From NCBI GenBank assembly GCA_963841915.1, contig CAWJEN010000005.1, positions 1 through 64,000 of the forward strand: a stretch of DNA of 64,000 bases. Reading direction: 5' to 3'. The notes beneath the pieces are model-generated. The model did no database searches. It saw only the letters and a list, made by a program, of their open reading frames with translations, and was not told the origin of the DNA. Position numbers and translations under genes: made by a program. Each line of letters opens with the position of its first letter. Within the stretch, counting starts at the first letter, position 1. Below, piece by piece: positions 41,074 to 51,089 of the stretch. Source of the DNA: an uncultured Planctomycetota bacterium (GTDB taxonomy: Bacteria; Planctomycetota; Phycisphaerae; Tepidisphaerales; Tepidisphaeraceae).

Positions 41074-41730
41074 ATGAGCAAGTCTGCATTGATCGTTTGG
41101 GGTGGCTGGGACGGACACGACCCTGAGCAGGTCGCCGAACGCTTCCGTGGCTACCTGGCAGACGACGGCGTAGATGTCACCGTCAGCGACTCGCTGTCAA
41201 GCTTCGACGACGTCGAACAGCTCAAAGCGTTAGACCTCATCGTGCCGGTCTGGACGATGGGCACGATCGAGAGTGAACAGTCGAAGAACGTGCAGGCGGC
41301 AGTCACGGCTGGAACCGGCATGGCCGGGTGTCACGGCGGCATGTGCGACGCCTTTCGCCGGGATGAAGGCTGGCAATTCATGACAGGTGGCCAATGGGTC
41401 AGCCACCCGGGCAACGACGGCGTCGAATACACCATCAACTTCGGCCCCGAGCGTGGCGAGCTGACCGACGGATTGGACGACTTCAGCGTCAAGAGTGAGC
41501 AGTATTACCTGCACGTCGACCCGGCGGTGAAGGTCTATGCGACGACGAAGTTCCCGATCGCAGACGGGCCGCACACGCCTAACGGCGAGGTGCTGATGCC
41601 GCAGGTCTGGACGAAGTACTTCGGTGAAGGCCGGGTTTACTACAACGCGCTAGGCCATCAGGCGAACATCTTCGATATTCCGGAGGCGGCGGAGCTGATG
41701 CGGCGTGGCCTGCGTTGGGCGATGCGGTAG
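41074..41730 (+). CDS. ThuA domain protein
   Basis: ALIVWGGWDGHDP, GCHGG, GGQWVSHPG, SEQYY, GRVYYNALGH. Confidence 0.92.
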   Translation: MSKSALIVWGGWDGHDPEQVAERFRGYLADDGVDVTVSDSLSSFDDVEQLKALDLIVPVWTMGTIESEQSKNVQAAVTAGTGMAGCHGGMCDAFRRDEGWQFMTGGQWVSHPGNDGVEYTINFGPERGELTDGLDDFSVKSEQYYLHVDPAVKVYATTKFPIADGPHTPNGEVLMPQVWTKYFGEGRVYYNALGHQANIFDIPEAAELMRRGLRWAMR

Positions 41731-41752
41731 CGAGGCCCCATATGGTGCGGCC

Positions 41753-43279
41753 ATGCTTCTTCGCCCGCTCATTGCAAACGCCCAAGGCCGCGCCGGTGCG
41801 ACGGCTGTCGTCGACGACCGCGGGTCGATGACGTGGGCCGAGCTGTACAAGCGGTCCAAGCGACTGGCCAAGCTGCTGCGAAGCCGAACGAAGCGGTCGA
41901 GTGTGGCCATCCTGCTGCCGACGAGCGGCGGGTTTGCGGTGAGCTTTTACGCTTGCCTGCTGGCGGGTAAGACGCCGGTCCCGATCAACTTTCTGCTGGG
42001 CGAGCGGGAAACCGAGCACGTTCTTAAGGACGCGGGTTGTGACCTGGTGCTGTCGGTCGGGTTGCTGCTCGACAAGCTCGACGCCGGCAAGACCGTCAAG
42101 GCCGCTGCGGAGCGGGGCGAGGTCGAGATCATCGACCTCATGAAGCTCAAGCCGACGCTCGGCTCGATCCTCGCACAGCTTCGACCGCTACCAGGTGGCG
42201 AGGCGGGGCCGAACGACCTTGCCGTCCTGCTCTACACGAGCGGTACGAGCGGCTTGCCCAAGGGCGTCGAGCTGACGCACGGCAACCTCGATAGTGACGC
42301 CAAGGGCTGCATCGAGCACGCCCGCCTCGACCGCGACGGGGATAAGCACGTATTTCTGGGCATCGTCCCATTGTTCCACTCGACGGGGTTGCTAGCGACG
42401 CTGCTGGCGCCGGTGCAACTGGGGGCACAGATGGTCTTCTGCGCACGCTTTAATCCTGCCGAGGCGGTCAAGAAGATCCGCGAGCACGGCGTGACGGTGA
42501 TGGCGGCGGTGCCGTCGATGTACAACGCGATCGCCCGTGTCAAAGACGCTGGTCCTGCGGATTTCGCCAAGATGTACGTCCCGCTGAGCGGCGGTGAGCC
42601 TTTACCAGGCCGGGTGCGGGAGGCCTTCCGTCGCAAGTTCGACGCCGACCTCATGGAGGGTTACGGCCTGACGGAGACGTGTGGCCCGATCTGCGTGAAC
42701 ATGCCCCACGCCCACAAGCCCGGCAGCGTCGGCAAGCTCATCCCGGGTGGCGAGGCTCGCGTCGTCGACAGCGATGGGAACGATGTTCCACGTGGAACAA
42801 CGGGCGAACTGCTGCTGAAGGGGCCGATGGTCTTTCGCGGCTACTTCAAGTTGCCAGAGGCCTCGAGCGAGGCACGCACGAGCGACGGCTTCTTCAAGAG
42901 CGGCGACCTCGGGCACATCGACGAGGATGGCTACCTCTTTGTCACCGGACGGGCCAAAGACATGCTCATCGTCGGTGGTGAGAATGTTTATCCGCGCGAG
43001 ATCGAGGAGCTGCTCGGCACGCACCCGGCCGTCGCTGAGGCGGCAATCGTGGGTCGGCCGGACAAGTCTCGCGGCGAGGCGGTGGTCGCCTTCGTCATTG
43101 CCGCCGAGGGGCACGAGCTGACAGATCAGGCCGTGAAGGACTTCCTGCGTGACAAGGGCCTTGCCAGCTTCAAGATGCCCAAGGAGGTGAAGCTGGTCAA
43201 CGACCTGCCCCGCTCGCCGACGGGTAAGGTGCTCAAGCGCGAGCTGCGTGAGCAGGTCGCGGGAACACCAACCGAGTGA
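41753..43279 (+). CDS. AMP-binding acyl-CoA ligase
   Basis: YTSGTSGLPKG, EGYGLTE, SGDLG, GRAKDMLIVGGENVYP, PRSPTGKV. Confidence 0.93.
   Translation: MLLRPLIANAQGRAGATAVVDDRGSMTWAELYKRSKRLAKLLRSRTKRSSVAILLPTSGGFAVSFYACLLAGKTPVPINFLLGERETEHVLKDAGCDLVLSVGLLLDKLDAGKTVKAAAERGEVEIIDLMKLKPTLGSILAQLRPLPGGEAGPNDLAVLLYTSGTSGLPKGVELTHGNLDSDAKGCIEHARLDRDGDKHVFLGIVPLFHSTGLLATLLAPVQLGAQMVFCARFNPAEAVKKIREHGVTVMAAVPSMYNAIARVKDAGPADFAKMYVPLSGGEPLPGRVREAFRRKFDADLMEGYGLTETCGPICVNMPHAHKPGSVGKLIPGGEARVVDSDGNDVPRGTTGELLLKGPMVFRGYFKLPEASSEARTSDGFFKSGDLGHIDEDGYLFVTGRAKDMLIVGGENVYPREIEELLGTHPAVAEAAIVGRPDKSRGEAVVAFVIAAEGHELTDQAVKDFLRDKGLASFKMPKEVKLVNDLPRSPTGKVLKRELREQVAGTPTE
42784..42799. other. parS: parS site inside the acyl-CoA ligase CDS
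   Basis: TGTTCCACGTGGAACA, within codons for DVPRGT. Confidence 0.85.
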
Positions 43280-45568
43280 CTACGCGTCGTCGAACAGGCT
43301 CGCTGGCGTGTCCGGCAGCGTGTTGCCGAAGGTCGACCGCAGGATCGCAAAGTCAAGAATGCTGACCGTGCCGTCGTAGTTGAAGTCGCCGTTGTAGAAC
43401 GTCGAAGCTGTCGAGCCGAAGTTGGCGCGCAGGATAGCAAAGTCGAGAATGGAGACGGTCGCGTCGCCGTTGGCGTCGCCTGCGAGCACGTTGAAACTGA
43501 GCGGCTCTGCCATCACCGCTCGCCCGTCGAGATCCGCCAGGCCGACCGGCAGCTCTGCGATGTAGCGGCCGTCTGGCAGCAGCACCTTACCGCTGGCTGT
43601 GGTCGTCGTGCCGAGCCCGCCGGTGACGACGAAGGTGGCGAGTTGGCTCTCGCTCTCGAGCGTCTCCAACACGGTGGTGTAGCTCTCGCCGGTGAGCGTG
43701 TTGATGAGCGTCAGACCTTCAGTGGTCAACAAATCGTTCGGGAACGGGCGATCAAAGTCGTACACGATCGCATGCCGCGTCGCACCGTCGAAGCTTGCCG
43801 CCTCGACCGTCGGGGCGGCAATGACACCCGCGCCGTAGACGCGGAGCTGGGCAAGGTTGAGCGTTCCAGGGATGCCGTTGGTGGAGGTGTCGCTGACGTT
43901 GACCGTCCAGGTGCCGCCGGAGTCTTCGCCCCAGTTGCGAACGGTGTTGAGCGTCCAGTTGCTGATGTTGTCGCCGTTATCGTTGTTGTTGTCGAGCAGG
44001 CGACTGACGGTGCCACCGGGCGATGTCAGCAGAACTTGAAGATCGCCACGATTGTTGTGACTGACGTCGAAGCCGAGGTCGACGTGCTCGACCGTCAAGC
44101 CGCTGGGGACGTCGAACGTGAGGTCGATCGTGCCGCCGTCAGGGATGGCAACCGGATCTGTGACCGCTGCCGAGGTGTAGGTGACTTCTGGGGCAACCGT
44201 CTGCCACGTCGAGGCAACACTCACCGCCGCGGCGGCATCGACGAGGCCGAAGCCATAGGCCAGGTTCACGTCGTACCCGGCGGCATTCGTTGACCAACCA
44301 GTGCTGGCGGCATCGACCGGGGCAGCCGATTCGATGAGCACGTGCTGCACGTCGCGATAGCTCAGCAGCGGGTTGGCCTCGAGCATGAGCGCCACCACGC
44401 CGCTGACGAGCGGAGCTGCCGAACTGGTGCCGCCGAAGCTGTTGGTGTAGCCGCTTGCGTTGGTCGAGCTGACGGTAGTGATACCGAGGCTGCCACCGTT
44501 GCTTGGAGCGGTAACGATGAGGCTCGACCCTTCCTCGCTGTACCAGGACCGCTGGCCGTAATTGTTCAGCGCCGCGACGGCGATAGAAAAGCGACTGTTG
44601 GCGTAGCCGTCGCGGTTGACGTCGTCGTTGAGGCCGCCGTTACCACCGGCCCAGACGTGCACGCTGCCGAGTCCGCCGCGGCCTTGGGTGGCGGCGAATT
44701 CGAGCGCAGCCGCCGAGAGTGGGCCGGGCCCTTCAAAGCGTTTGCCGTCGTCGCTGGGTCCCCAGGAGTTGTTGTAGACGTCGATGTCGTTGGCGAGGTG
44801 CTGCAGCGCCCCGCCGATGCCGATGTCGTTACCGCCGCTGGACCCGCCGTAGATGCGAAGACCGGCGAGCGTGGCGTCAAAGGCGACGCCGCTGACACCG
44901 ACGGCGTTGTTACCAACCGCCGCGGCGACGCCGGCGACGCTGGTGCCGTGACCGTCGAAGGAGAACGGAAGCGGTGTGTCGTCGTTGCTCAGATAGTCGT
45001 AGTCGAGCGCCTGGTCGTAGTTGTCGACGAGATCAGGGTGCGTGTAAACCACGCCATCGTCGAGAACGCCGATGACGATGCCGGTTCCATCGATCCGCGT
45101 GTCGGCGGGAGCCGGCACATCCCAGGCAGCAAAGACATTGGCGTCGACCACTGCGGCGGAGTTCGAAGCATCCAGGTGCCACTGCCCTGAGACGAACGGG
45201 TCGTCGGGGACGAATCGCGGCCCGATGCCCGCGTCCCGGACAGCCTGTACCTGTTCAGCCCGAAGTCCAAGGGTCGCAAGTCTCGCCGCATCGACAGGCT
45301 GCGGGAGATCCAGAACCTGAACGCCAGGCAGCGATGGCCACGGCCTGACGGCATCGTGGGCTACGCCTAACGCATCGGCAAGATCACGCGCTGACTGCCC
45401 GCTGTCTCTGACGATCCAGCGAGTAGAAGAACCCTCGGCAGCAGGCGAGGCCAGGCCGCGGTCCCACGCCTGCACTACAGCGACATTGTCCGACAAGGGC
45501 GCCAGATCGGTCGACACGGACGCAGACAGGAGGCGACGGGCTTCTAGTTGATCCAGGTGATTGCGCAT
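43280..45568 (-). CDS. Secreted kexin/furin-like S8 protease with P domain and dockerin-like repeats
   Basis: LEARRLL leader; VLDDG, HGTSVAG, NNSWGP, GNGG, FGGTSSAAP; P domain (RGDL, WGE); two GD.N.D..VSILDFAILR repeats. Confidence 0.92.
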   Translation of the reverse strand: MRNHLDQLEARRLLSASVSTDLAPLSDNVAVVQAWDRGLASPAAEGSSTRWIVRDSGQSARDLADALGVAHDAVRPWPSLPGVQVLDLPQPVDAARLATLGLRAEQVQAVRDAGIGPRFVPDDPFVSGQWHLDASNSAAVVDANVFAAWDVPAPADTRIDGTGIVIGVLDDGVVYTHPDLVDNYDQALDYDYLSNDDTPLPFSFDGHGTSVAGVAAAVGNNAVGVSGVAFDATLAGLRIYGGSSGGNDIGIGGALQHLANDIDVYNNSWGPSDDGKRFEGPGPLSAAALEFAATQGRGGLGSVHVWAGGNGGLNDDVNRDGYANSRFSIAVAALNNYGQRSWYSEEGSSLIVTAPSNGGSLGITTVSSTNASGYTNSFGGTSSAAPLVSGVVALMLEANPLLSYRDVQHVLIESAAPVDAASTGWSTNAAGYDVNLAYGFGLVDAAAAVSVASTWQTVAPEVTYTSAAVTDPVAIPDGGTIDLTFDVPSGLTVEHVDLGFDVSHNNRGDLQVLLTSPGGTVSRLLDNNNDNGDNISNWTLNTVRNWGEDSGGTWTVNVSDTSTNGIPGTLNLAQLRVYGAGVIAAPTVEAASFDGATRHAIVYDFDRPFPNDLLTTEGLTLINTLTGESYTTVLETLESESQLATFVVTGGLGTTTTASGKVLLPDGRYIAELPVGLADLDGRAVMAEPLSFNVLAGDANGDATVSILDFAILRANFGSTASTFYNGDFNYDGTVSILDFAILRSTFGNTLPDTPASLFDDA

Positions 45569-45651
45569 TTTCTCCAGGCGTCCGCGTACATTTCCTTAGT
45601 CGAATCTACCTCACGAACCTTGCAGAAGTTCAGGAAGATGTCGACTTCTAT

Positions 45652-45684
45652 AAAAAGTCGGCCTGCTCGCTAGAGCAGGCCGAC
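45652..45684 (-). terminator. Rho-independent terminator
   Basis: gtcggcctgctc-gcta-gagcaggccgac, 12-bp stem, followed by T5 on the - strand. Confidence 0.85.
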
Positions 45685-45725
45685 CTTGATCAGGTAGTGG
45701 CCCGGGCCACTAGACGTCGGATGGC

Positions 45726-48700
45726 TCAGTTGAGCTCATCTTCGGCGAAGATCGACGAGGGAGCGGCGACCGACTGCCCGAAGTTGCCACGCAGGATGGC
45801 GAAGTCGAGAATCGAAACGCTGCCGTCCAGGTTGAAGTCAGCACCCGTGAAGCCGACACCGGTCTGCCCGAAGTTGCCACGCAGGATGGCGAAGTCCAGG
45901 ATCGACACGGCTCGGTCACGGTTGGCGTCACCGGCCAGGAAGTAGTCCATGACCACGCCGTCTGCCTCGAGGGCAACGCCACCGTCATTCGTCACACCAC
46001 CAGCGACGAGCGTGAAGGTGTAGTTGCCGTTCGTGAGGGTGCCGTTCTGGATGAGCGGAACCAGCGAGAACGTGGCGGTGTTGGTGGCCGGGTTGTAGTT
46101 GACGGTGACCGGACCACTCGGAATGACAGTGTTCGTCGTCGTGTTGAGGATGACGAGGTCACTGCCCTGCAGGCTGGCACCGACGTTCTGGTCGAACGTG
46201 AACGAAACGGCCAACGCGTTGGCGTCGAAGGCCTGAGCCGTCACGACCGGCGGAGCCACCGTCCGCTCGATCGAGCCGATGTCAACGATCTGAGGAGCGG
46301 TGTCCGGATCGCTGAAGAGCCGCTCGAACGGGTTACCACGCTGGTCGAAGACGAGGCCTTCGCTATTGGCGATGGCGTTGGAGCCGGCGTCGATCAGCGG
46401 GCTACCGGCCTGCGGCAGGTGGTTCCGGGTTTCGCCACCGTTGAAGGCCAGTTCCCCGAGCATCGGGTTGTCACTGATGATCGAGTTCGTCGGCAGCGAC
46501 GGGTTTAGCGGACGGCGTTCAACGGCCTTATCACCGTTGACATCCGTCACGACATCGGCCTGGAAGAACGAGCCGGTACCGATCAGCGAGTTGGTGATCA
46601 CCAGCGTGAGGTCGCCGTCAGCGAGGTTATCGCTGGCGTTGGGGTCAGCAATGGTGTCGAACTCTTCGGACTCAACAACGCTGAGGTTGTCCGGGAAGAG
46701 GATGGGGTCGCCGTTGTCATCGAGGAAGGCATTGCCATCAACATCGAACTCGAAGCTCGTGTTGTCGGAGATGACGGTGTTCTCGATGACCACCGAGTTG
46801 CCGGCCTGACCATTGCTCGAATTAATCGTGACGTTCTCGTCCAGACGTGCGAAGTTTTCGACGATGGTCGACTGCGTGATTTCGACAGCGAATGTGCCTT
46901 CACCAGCCTGCTGTGCCTGCCCAGCACCAATGACTGCCATGCCGCCGAAGAAGTCGGCCGTGTTATTGGAGATCGTCGACTGAACGATGTTCAGCTCGAG
47001 CGTGATGCCCGGATCGAAGAAGGTCGGGCCCGGCTCGGTCGCGAGGAATCGGAAGCCACCGATGGTGCCAAACACACCTTCGAGGTCACCGGCTAGCGAG
47101 GCATTTTCAGCAATCTCAGAGTCGATGAGGGTCAGGTTGGCGTCGTTGACGTCAAGCCCGCCGACGACACCGCGGCTGGTCACAAGGACCGGATCGCCAT
47201 TGTCGTCGAAGACCGGATCACCGTTGTCGTCGACATCCTGCTGGGTGAGGCCGGTGACGACGTTGCCAGCGACGCGGACGTTGGTGCCGAGGATGGTGCC
47301 GTTGGAGAGCAGGACACCACCGGCGAAGTTCTGTGCGGTGTTGTCAAGGAACGAGACGCTGTCCATGACGAGGTTCTCGCCCTGAGAAGCATCAACGATC
47401 TGCGGGCCCGTGTAGAGCATTGCACCACCCGAGCTAAAGGCCTCGTTGTTGCTCATGACGACGTCAGTCATCGTGAGAGCCGGCACCGAAGTGTCGAGGG
47501 CACGGCCGAACCGGCTGACGCCGGCGTCACCGGAAACGCGGGTATTGGCAGACTCGATCGACTGCGACAGCTTGGCTGCCGAGCTGATGTTGCTGAGGTC
47601 GATGCCTTCGCGCTGAACCTCTTCGCCACCGACAACTGACGTGTCGGCAACAACACCACCGCGGGCCGCGGGCGGCGGGAGAAGGCCCTGGAAGGTGACT
47701 GCACCACCGTTGCCCTGCGACGTGTTGCCGTCGAAGGTCGAGTCGATGATGCTGTGACTTAGTCCAAGTGCCTCACCGAAGCGGGGGATGACGTCGAGTG
47801 CTCCACCGCGCCCTGTGACGAAGTTCTGATCAGCACTGTCCTGCTGGAACTCAGCAGTGTTGTTGGTGAACGTCGAGCCACTGATGTTGGTGTTGGGACC
47901 ATACGACGTGATCGCACCACCGGTGTCCGTCGATGTGTTGCCGTCAAATGTGGAGCCGGTGACGGTGAGGTTATATGGCGTGACGTTGTTCAGAACGTCA
48001 GTCGCGTAGATGGCACCGCCGTAGATGGGACCGCCAACCGTCGCGCCGGCCGAAGCACCGTTGCTTGTGAAGGTCGAGTTGGCGATCGTGACATTCGGGG
48101 TCGCGAAGTAGAGTGCGCCACCGGGACCATCCTGGCCGTTGTTGAGCTCGAAATCGGTACCGTCGATCGAGACGGTGCCAGCTTGAGCGCGAATGGCGCC
48201 ACCGGTGCCGGTCGCCACGGGCGTGACGAGTGCCGAGTTGCCGCGGAAGAGTCCACCGTTAACGGTGACGGTTGTGCCGGCTCCGCCGAAGGCGGCGATT
48301 GCACCGCCGGAGCTAGCACTGTCGGGGTCGAAGGAGACGTTGCCGATGGCCGTGACATCGGTCAACGTGACATTGCCGCTCGTGAAGACGGCACCGCCGT
48401 CACCACCCTCGTTGCCGAGCAGGTTGGTGCCGGTGAGGGTGAGGTTCGTGCCAGCCGAGCTGAGGATGCTGCCGCCCGAATCCCGTGCCTCGGCACCGGG
48501 CAGGCCGGTGATCGGGACGAAACCGTTCTGCAGCGTCAGGCCACCGATGGCGAGCGTGCCGGCCGTGTGGGTGAAGTGACGGCTAGCGCCATTGCCGTCG
48601 ACGGTGACGCCGCCGGCCGAGTTGTTGATCGTCAGCGACTGCGATACGGGGATCGCACCCTGCGTCAGCGTAATGGTCTGCGGGGTCGAGAACAGCGTTG

Positions 48701-48887
48701 GGCTGAACGCAATGGTGTCAGTGCCGGCAGCGGCGTTGGCGGCGACAACGGCTTCGCGGAGCGTGAGGTTGCTGTCGGGGGCCGACACATCGCCGAGCGA
48801 GTTGACGGTGAACGTCGCGAGAAGGCGACGGGTTTCGAGCGGCTCTAGCAAACGGCTGTGGCCGGTACGGGTGGTCGGTGAACGCAT
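45726..48887 (-). CDS. Large secreted beta-helix protein (CSLREA-like / choice-of-anchor Q) with dockerin-like repeats
   Basis: LEPLETRRLL, TLREAV, GGAI/F..N repeats, GSPLIDAG..DQRG..DIGSIE, two GD.N.D..VSILDFAILRGNFG repeats. Confidence 0.9.
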   Translation of the reverse strand: MRSPTTRTGHSRLLEPLETRRLLATFTVNSLGDVSAPDSNLTLREAVVAANAAAGTDTIAFSPTLFSTPQTITLTQGAIPVSQSLTINNSAGGVTVDGNGASRHFTHTAGTLAIGGLTLQNGFVPITGLPGAEARDSGGSILSSAGTNLTLTGTNLLGNEGGDGGAVFTSGNVTLTDVTAIGNVSFDPDSASSGGAIAAFGGAGTTVTVNGGLFRGNSALVTPVATGTGGAIRAQAGTVSIDGTDFELNNGQDGPGGALYFATPNVTIANSTFTSNGASAGATVGGPIYGGAIYATDVLNNVTPYNLTVTGSTFDGNTSTDTGGAITSYGPNTNISGSTFTNNTAEFQQDSADQNFVTGRGGALDVIPRFGEALGLSHSIIDSTFDGNTSQGNGGAVTFQGLLPPPAARGGVVADTSVVGGEEVQREGIDLSNISSAAKLSQSIESANTRVSGDAGVSRFGRALDTSVPALTMTDVVMSNNEAFSSGGAMLYTGPQIVDASQGENLVMDSVSFLDNTAQNFAGGVLLSNGTILGTNVRVAGNVVTGLTQQDVDDNGDPVFDDNGDPVLVTSRGVVGGLDVNDANLTLIDSEIAENASLAGDLEGVFGTIGGFRFLATEPGPTFFDPGITLELNIVQSTISNNTADFFGGMAVIGAGQAQQAGEGTFAVEITQSTIVENFARLDENVTINSSNGQAGNSVVIENTVISDNTSFEFDVDGNAFLDDNGDPILFPDNLSVVESEEFDTIADPNASDNLADGDLTLVITNSLIGTGSFFQADVVTDVNGDKAVERRPLNPSLPTNSIISDNPMLGELAFNGGETRNHLPQAGSPLIDAGSNAIANSEGLVFDQRGNPFERLFSDPDTAPQIVDIGSIERTVAPPVVTAQAFDANALAVSFTFDQNVGASLQGSDLVILNTTTNTVIPSGPVTVNYNPATNTATFSLVPLIQNGTLTNGNYTFTLVAGGVTNDGGVALEADGVVMDYFLAGDANRDRAVSILDFAILRGNFGQTGVGFTGADFNLDGSVSILDFAILRGNFGQSVAAPSSIFAEDELN

Positions 48888-49250
48888 TGAATCTTGCCCT
48901 TCTTGGGTTGAATACGAGGAGAATCAGCAACAGCGAGACTGTTTCTTACAGCAAAACTGTTTCGTGCACCGCCGACGGGCGGCCACCGCAGGAAGGCGGC
49001 TGGGCACAAGCCGTTGACGCCGCCACACGGGCGACAGACAACGTCCGACGACCATCCTGCGCCACGCGAGGCGCACAGGTCGTCAGAACGGACTTCGCCA
49101 GAGTAGCCCGCCAGACGCATTCCTGCAAAAGATTCTCGGGCCTTCTTCGATGGTGAACACCTGTTTAGGCCGAGATAGTCGCACTTCGCCCGGCAGAATC
49201 ATCACCGCCGGCATCGCCAACACGACCGGGTCTCATTCTCCAACTTGAAC

Positions 49251-51017
49251 TTATGGCCCGAACAGCATGAGCTGCGGATCCAGCTTCTCCGCCTTTGCAG
49301 GCTCGCCCACCTTGTTGAAATTCTCCACGTCTTCGAATATTTCGACGACGCGAGCGAGTTGATCGGCCGACTCCGGCGAACGATCCCACCGAATCCGCTT
49401 AATCCTCGGAAACCGCAACGCAAAGCCGCTGGCATGGCGGCGACTCTTCTGGATGGCATCAAAAGCTATTTCCAGCACCACCTCCGGTCGGACCTTAAAG
49501 ACTCTGCCGCTGCTTGATGTCTGGATCTCCAGGAACCGCTCCGTAAGCATCGCGATCTCAGCATCCGTTACCCCGCTGTACGCCTTGCCGATGTTCAGCA
49601 GCGTTCCACCTTCTGCCGGATCGTCCGACCAGATGGCAAACGTGTAGTCGCTAAGTGAGTCGCGCCGTTTGCCGTGCCCATACTCGGCGGCTGTGACCAC
49701 GACATCCAGCGTCGGCAGATGCGTCTTGAGCTTGATCCACCCCTGGCCGCGACGACCTGGCGCGTATCGGCTCTGCGGGTCCTTGAGAATCAGTCCCTCG
49801 TTCTTCGCCTCCCTCGCGGCGGCGAAAGCTTCGTCGATTGAAGCCTGGTCCGTCACACCCGTAGTCTCCAGCTTCAGCACTGCCGACTGCGGCTCTAGCA
49901 AGCTGACGAGCCTTGTCCGCCGCTCGTCCTGCGGCGAGTCGATCAAGAGTGCTTCATTAAGGTATAGAAGGTCGAAGGCAACGAATCTGCAAGGGTACTG
50001 CTCAAGCACCTCGGCCGACGGGTCAACCCGCCCCAGCCGTTTCTGAACGTTGGCAAAGGCGGTGACAGACTTCGTCGCTTCATCGTAGGGCACAATCTCG
50101 CCGTCCAGAATCCAGTCGCCCGGCACCTGCCGAGCCTGTTCGACGATGTCCGGGAAGGCATTGTCACTGCGGTCAAGCGTTCGGCTGTAGATGGAAATGC
50201 GGGCGAGGTCACCGACGCCCTGCTTGTGAATCTGAGCGCGGATGCCGTCGAGCTTGTCCTCTGCCGTCCACGTACGGTCAGTCTTACCGATGAAGTCTGC
50301 CGCGGCCTCACTTGTCTCTCGCGGCGTGGCGAGCATAAAACCGAGCGGGTGAAACAACCGGAACTTGATGCCGTCCAGCCGCTTGTGACGTGCAAGCACG
50401 GCTACTTCTCCCAAGTCGCCTAGCAGCAGGACGGCACGCCTGACAGCATCGGCCTCCACTTCGAATGCCTCGGCGATCGCTCCGTGCAGCACGCCCTCTC
50501 GGGCACCGGTCCGAAGGTCCCCGTTGATGACCTTGCCGACGTAGGCAGCAGATCGGGGCAAGACGCAGCGGGCAAGCAGGTCACGGAGCAAATCCTGCTT
50601 GGCTGCTGAGCCACTGACGAGCGCAAGTGCGTCGAACACTTCGCGGAAGTCGCTGAGGCTGAGCGCTTCAGCATCGACCGCTCCGGGCGAGCCACGCTCC
50701 TGCCACAGGCCAGCGAGGGCTTCTCCGGTTTCCCCACTTTTGATCGCCCTGGCTCGCCAAGCCTCTGCCGACTCATTGAACAGCGCTGCCACGGCGTCGC
50801 GAAAGCCGGCTGAGCTGACGCCGGTGGTTCGCTCGTCGGTGACGGCGAATGCTTTACCCGCGGCAAATCGGACACCGTCAGCCAAGACCTTGTCGGGGAG
50901 CGATCGGAAGTACGTCGCCAGAATCTTCTGCTTCTCGAGCTTTTTGCTCGTCGCAGCCGTCGCGTCATTGGCGGCGGCAAAGGCGGCTACGGCATCGGGG
51001 GCAACAACATCGCTCAC
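49251..51017 (-). CDS. ATP-dependent DNA ligase
   Basis: EDKLDGIRAQIH (KxDG), ILDGEIV, FDLLYL, EGLILK, WIKLK, ALRFPR. Confidence 0.95.
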   Translation of the reverse strand: MSDVVAPDAVAAFAAANDATAATSKKLEKQKILATYFRSLPDKVLADGVRFAAGKAFAVTDERTTGVSSAGFRDAVAALFNESAEAWRARAIKSGETGEALAGLWQERGSPGAVDAEALSLSDFREVFDALALVSGSAAKQDLLRDLLARCVLPRSAAYVGKVINGDLRTGAREGVLHGAIAEAFEVEADAVRRAVLLLGDLGEVAVLARHKRLDGIKFRLFHPLGFMLATPRETSEAAADFIGKTDRTWTAEDKLDGIRAQIHKQGVGDLARISIYSRTLDRSDNAFPDIVEQARQVPGDWILDGEIVPYDEATKSVTAFANVQKRLGRVDPSAEVLEQYPCRFVAFDLLYLNEALLIDSPQDERRTRLVSLLEPQSAVLKLETTGVTDQASIDEAFAAAREAKNEGLILKDPQSRYAPGRRGQGWIKLKTHLPTLDVVVTAAEYGHGKRRDSLSDYTFAIWSDDPAEGGTLLNIGKAYSGVTDAEIAMLTERFLEIQTSSSGRVFKVRPEVVLEIAFDAIQKSRRHASGFALRFPRIKRIRWDRSPESADQLARVVEIFEDVENFNKVGEPAKAEKLDPQLMLFGP

Positions 51018-51089
51018 GGCCTGCCGACCTTAACGCAACACCTTCTCATCTCGAACGTCGCGAATCAGCGCCCACTACCGTCAGCCGGC

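Noticed and set aside
40760..41077. Short ORFs containing MFHVEH / VPRGT / CSTWN (also at 62025-62796)
   Set aside because: These peptides are just translations of the parS palindrome, not real proteins.
45770..45935. Near-identical DNA repeats (also 43320-43480) as a DGR template/variable repeat pair
   Set aside because: They are in-frame dockerin-like repeats, the differences are not adenine-specific, and there is no reverse transcriptase in the window.
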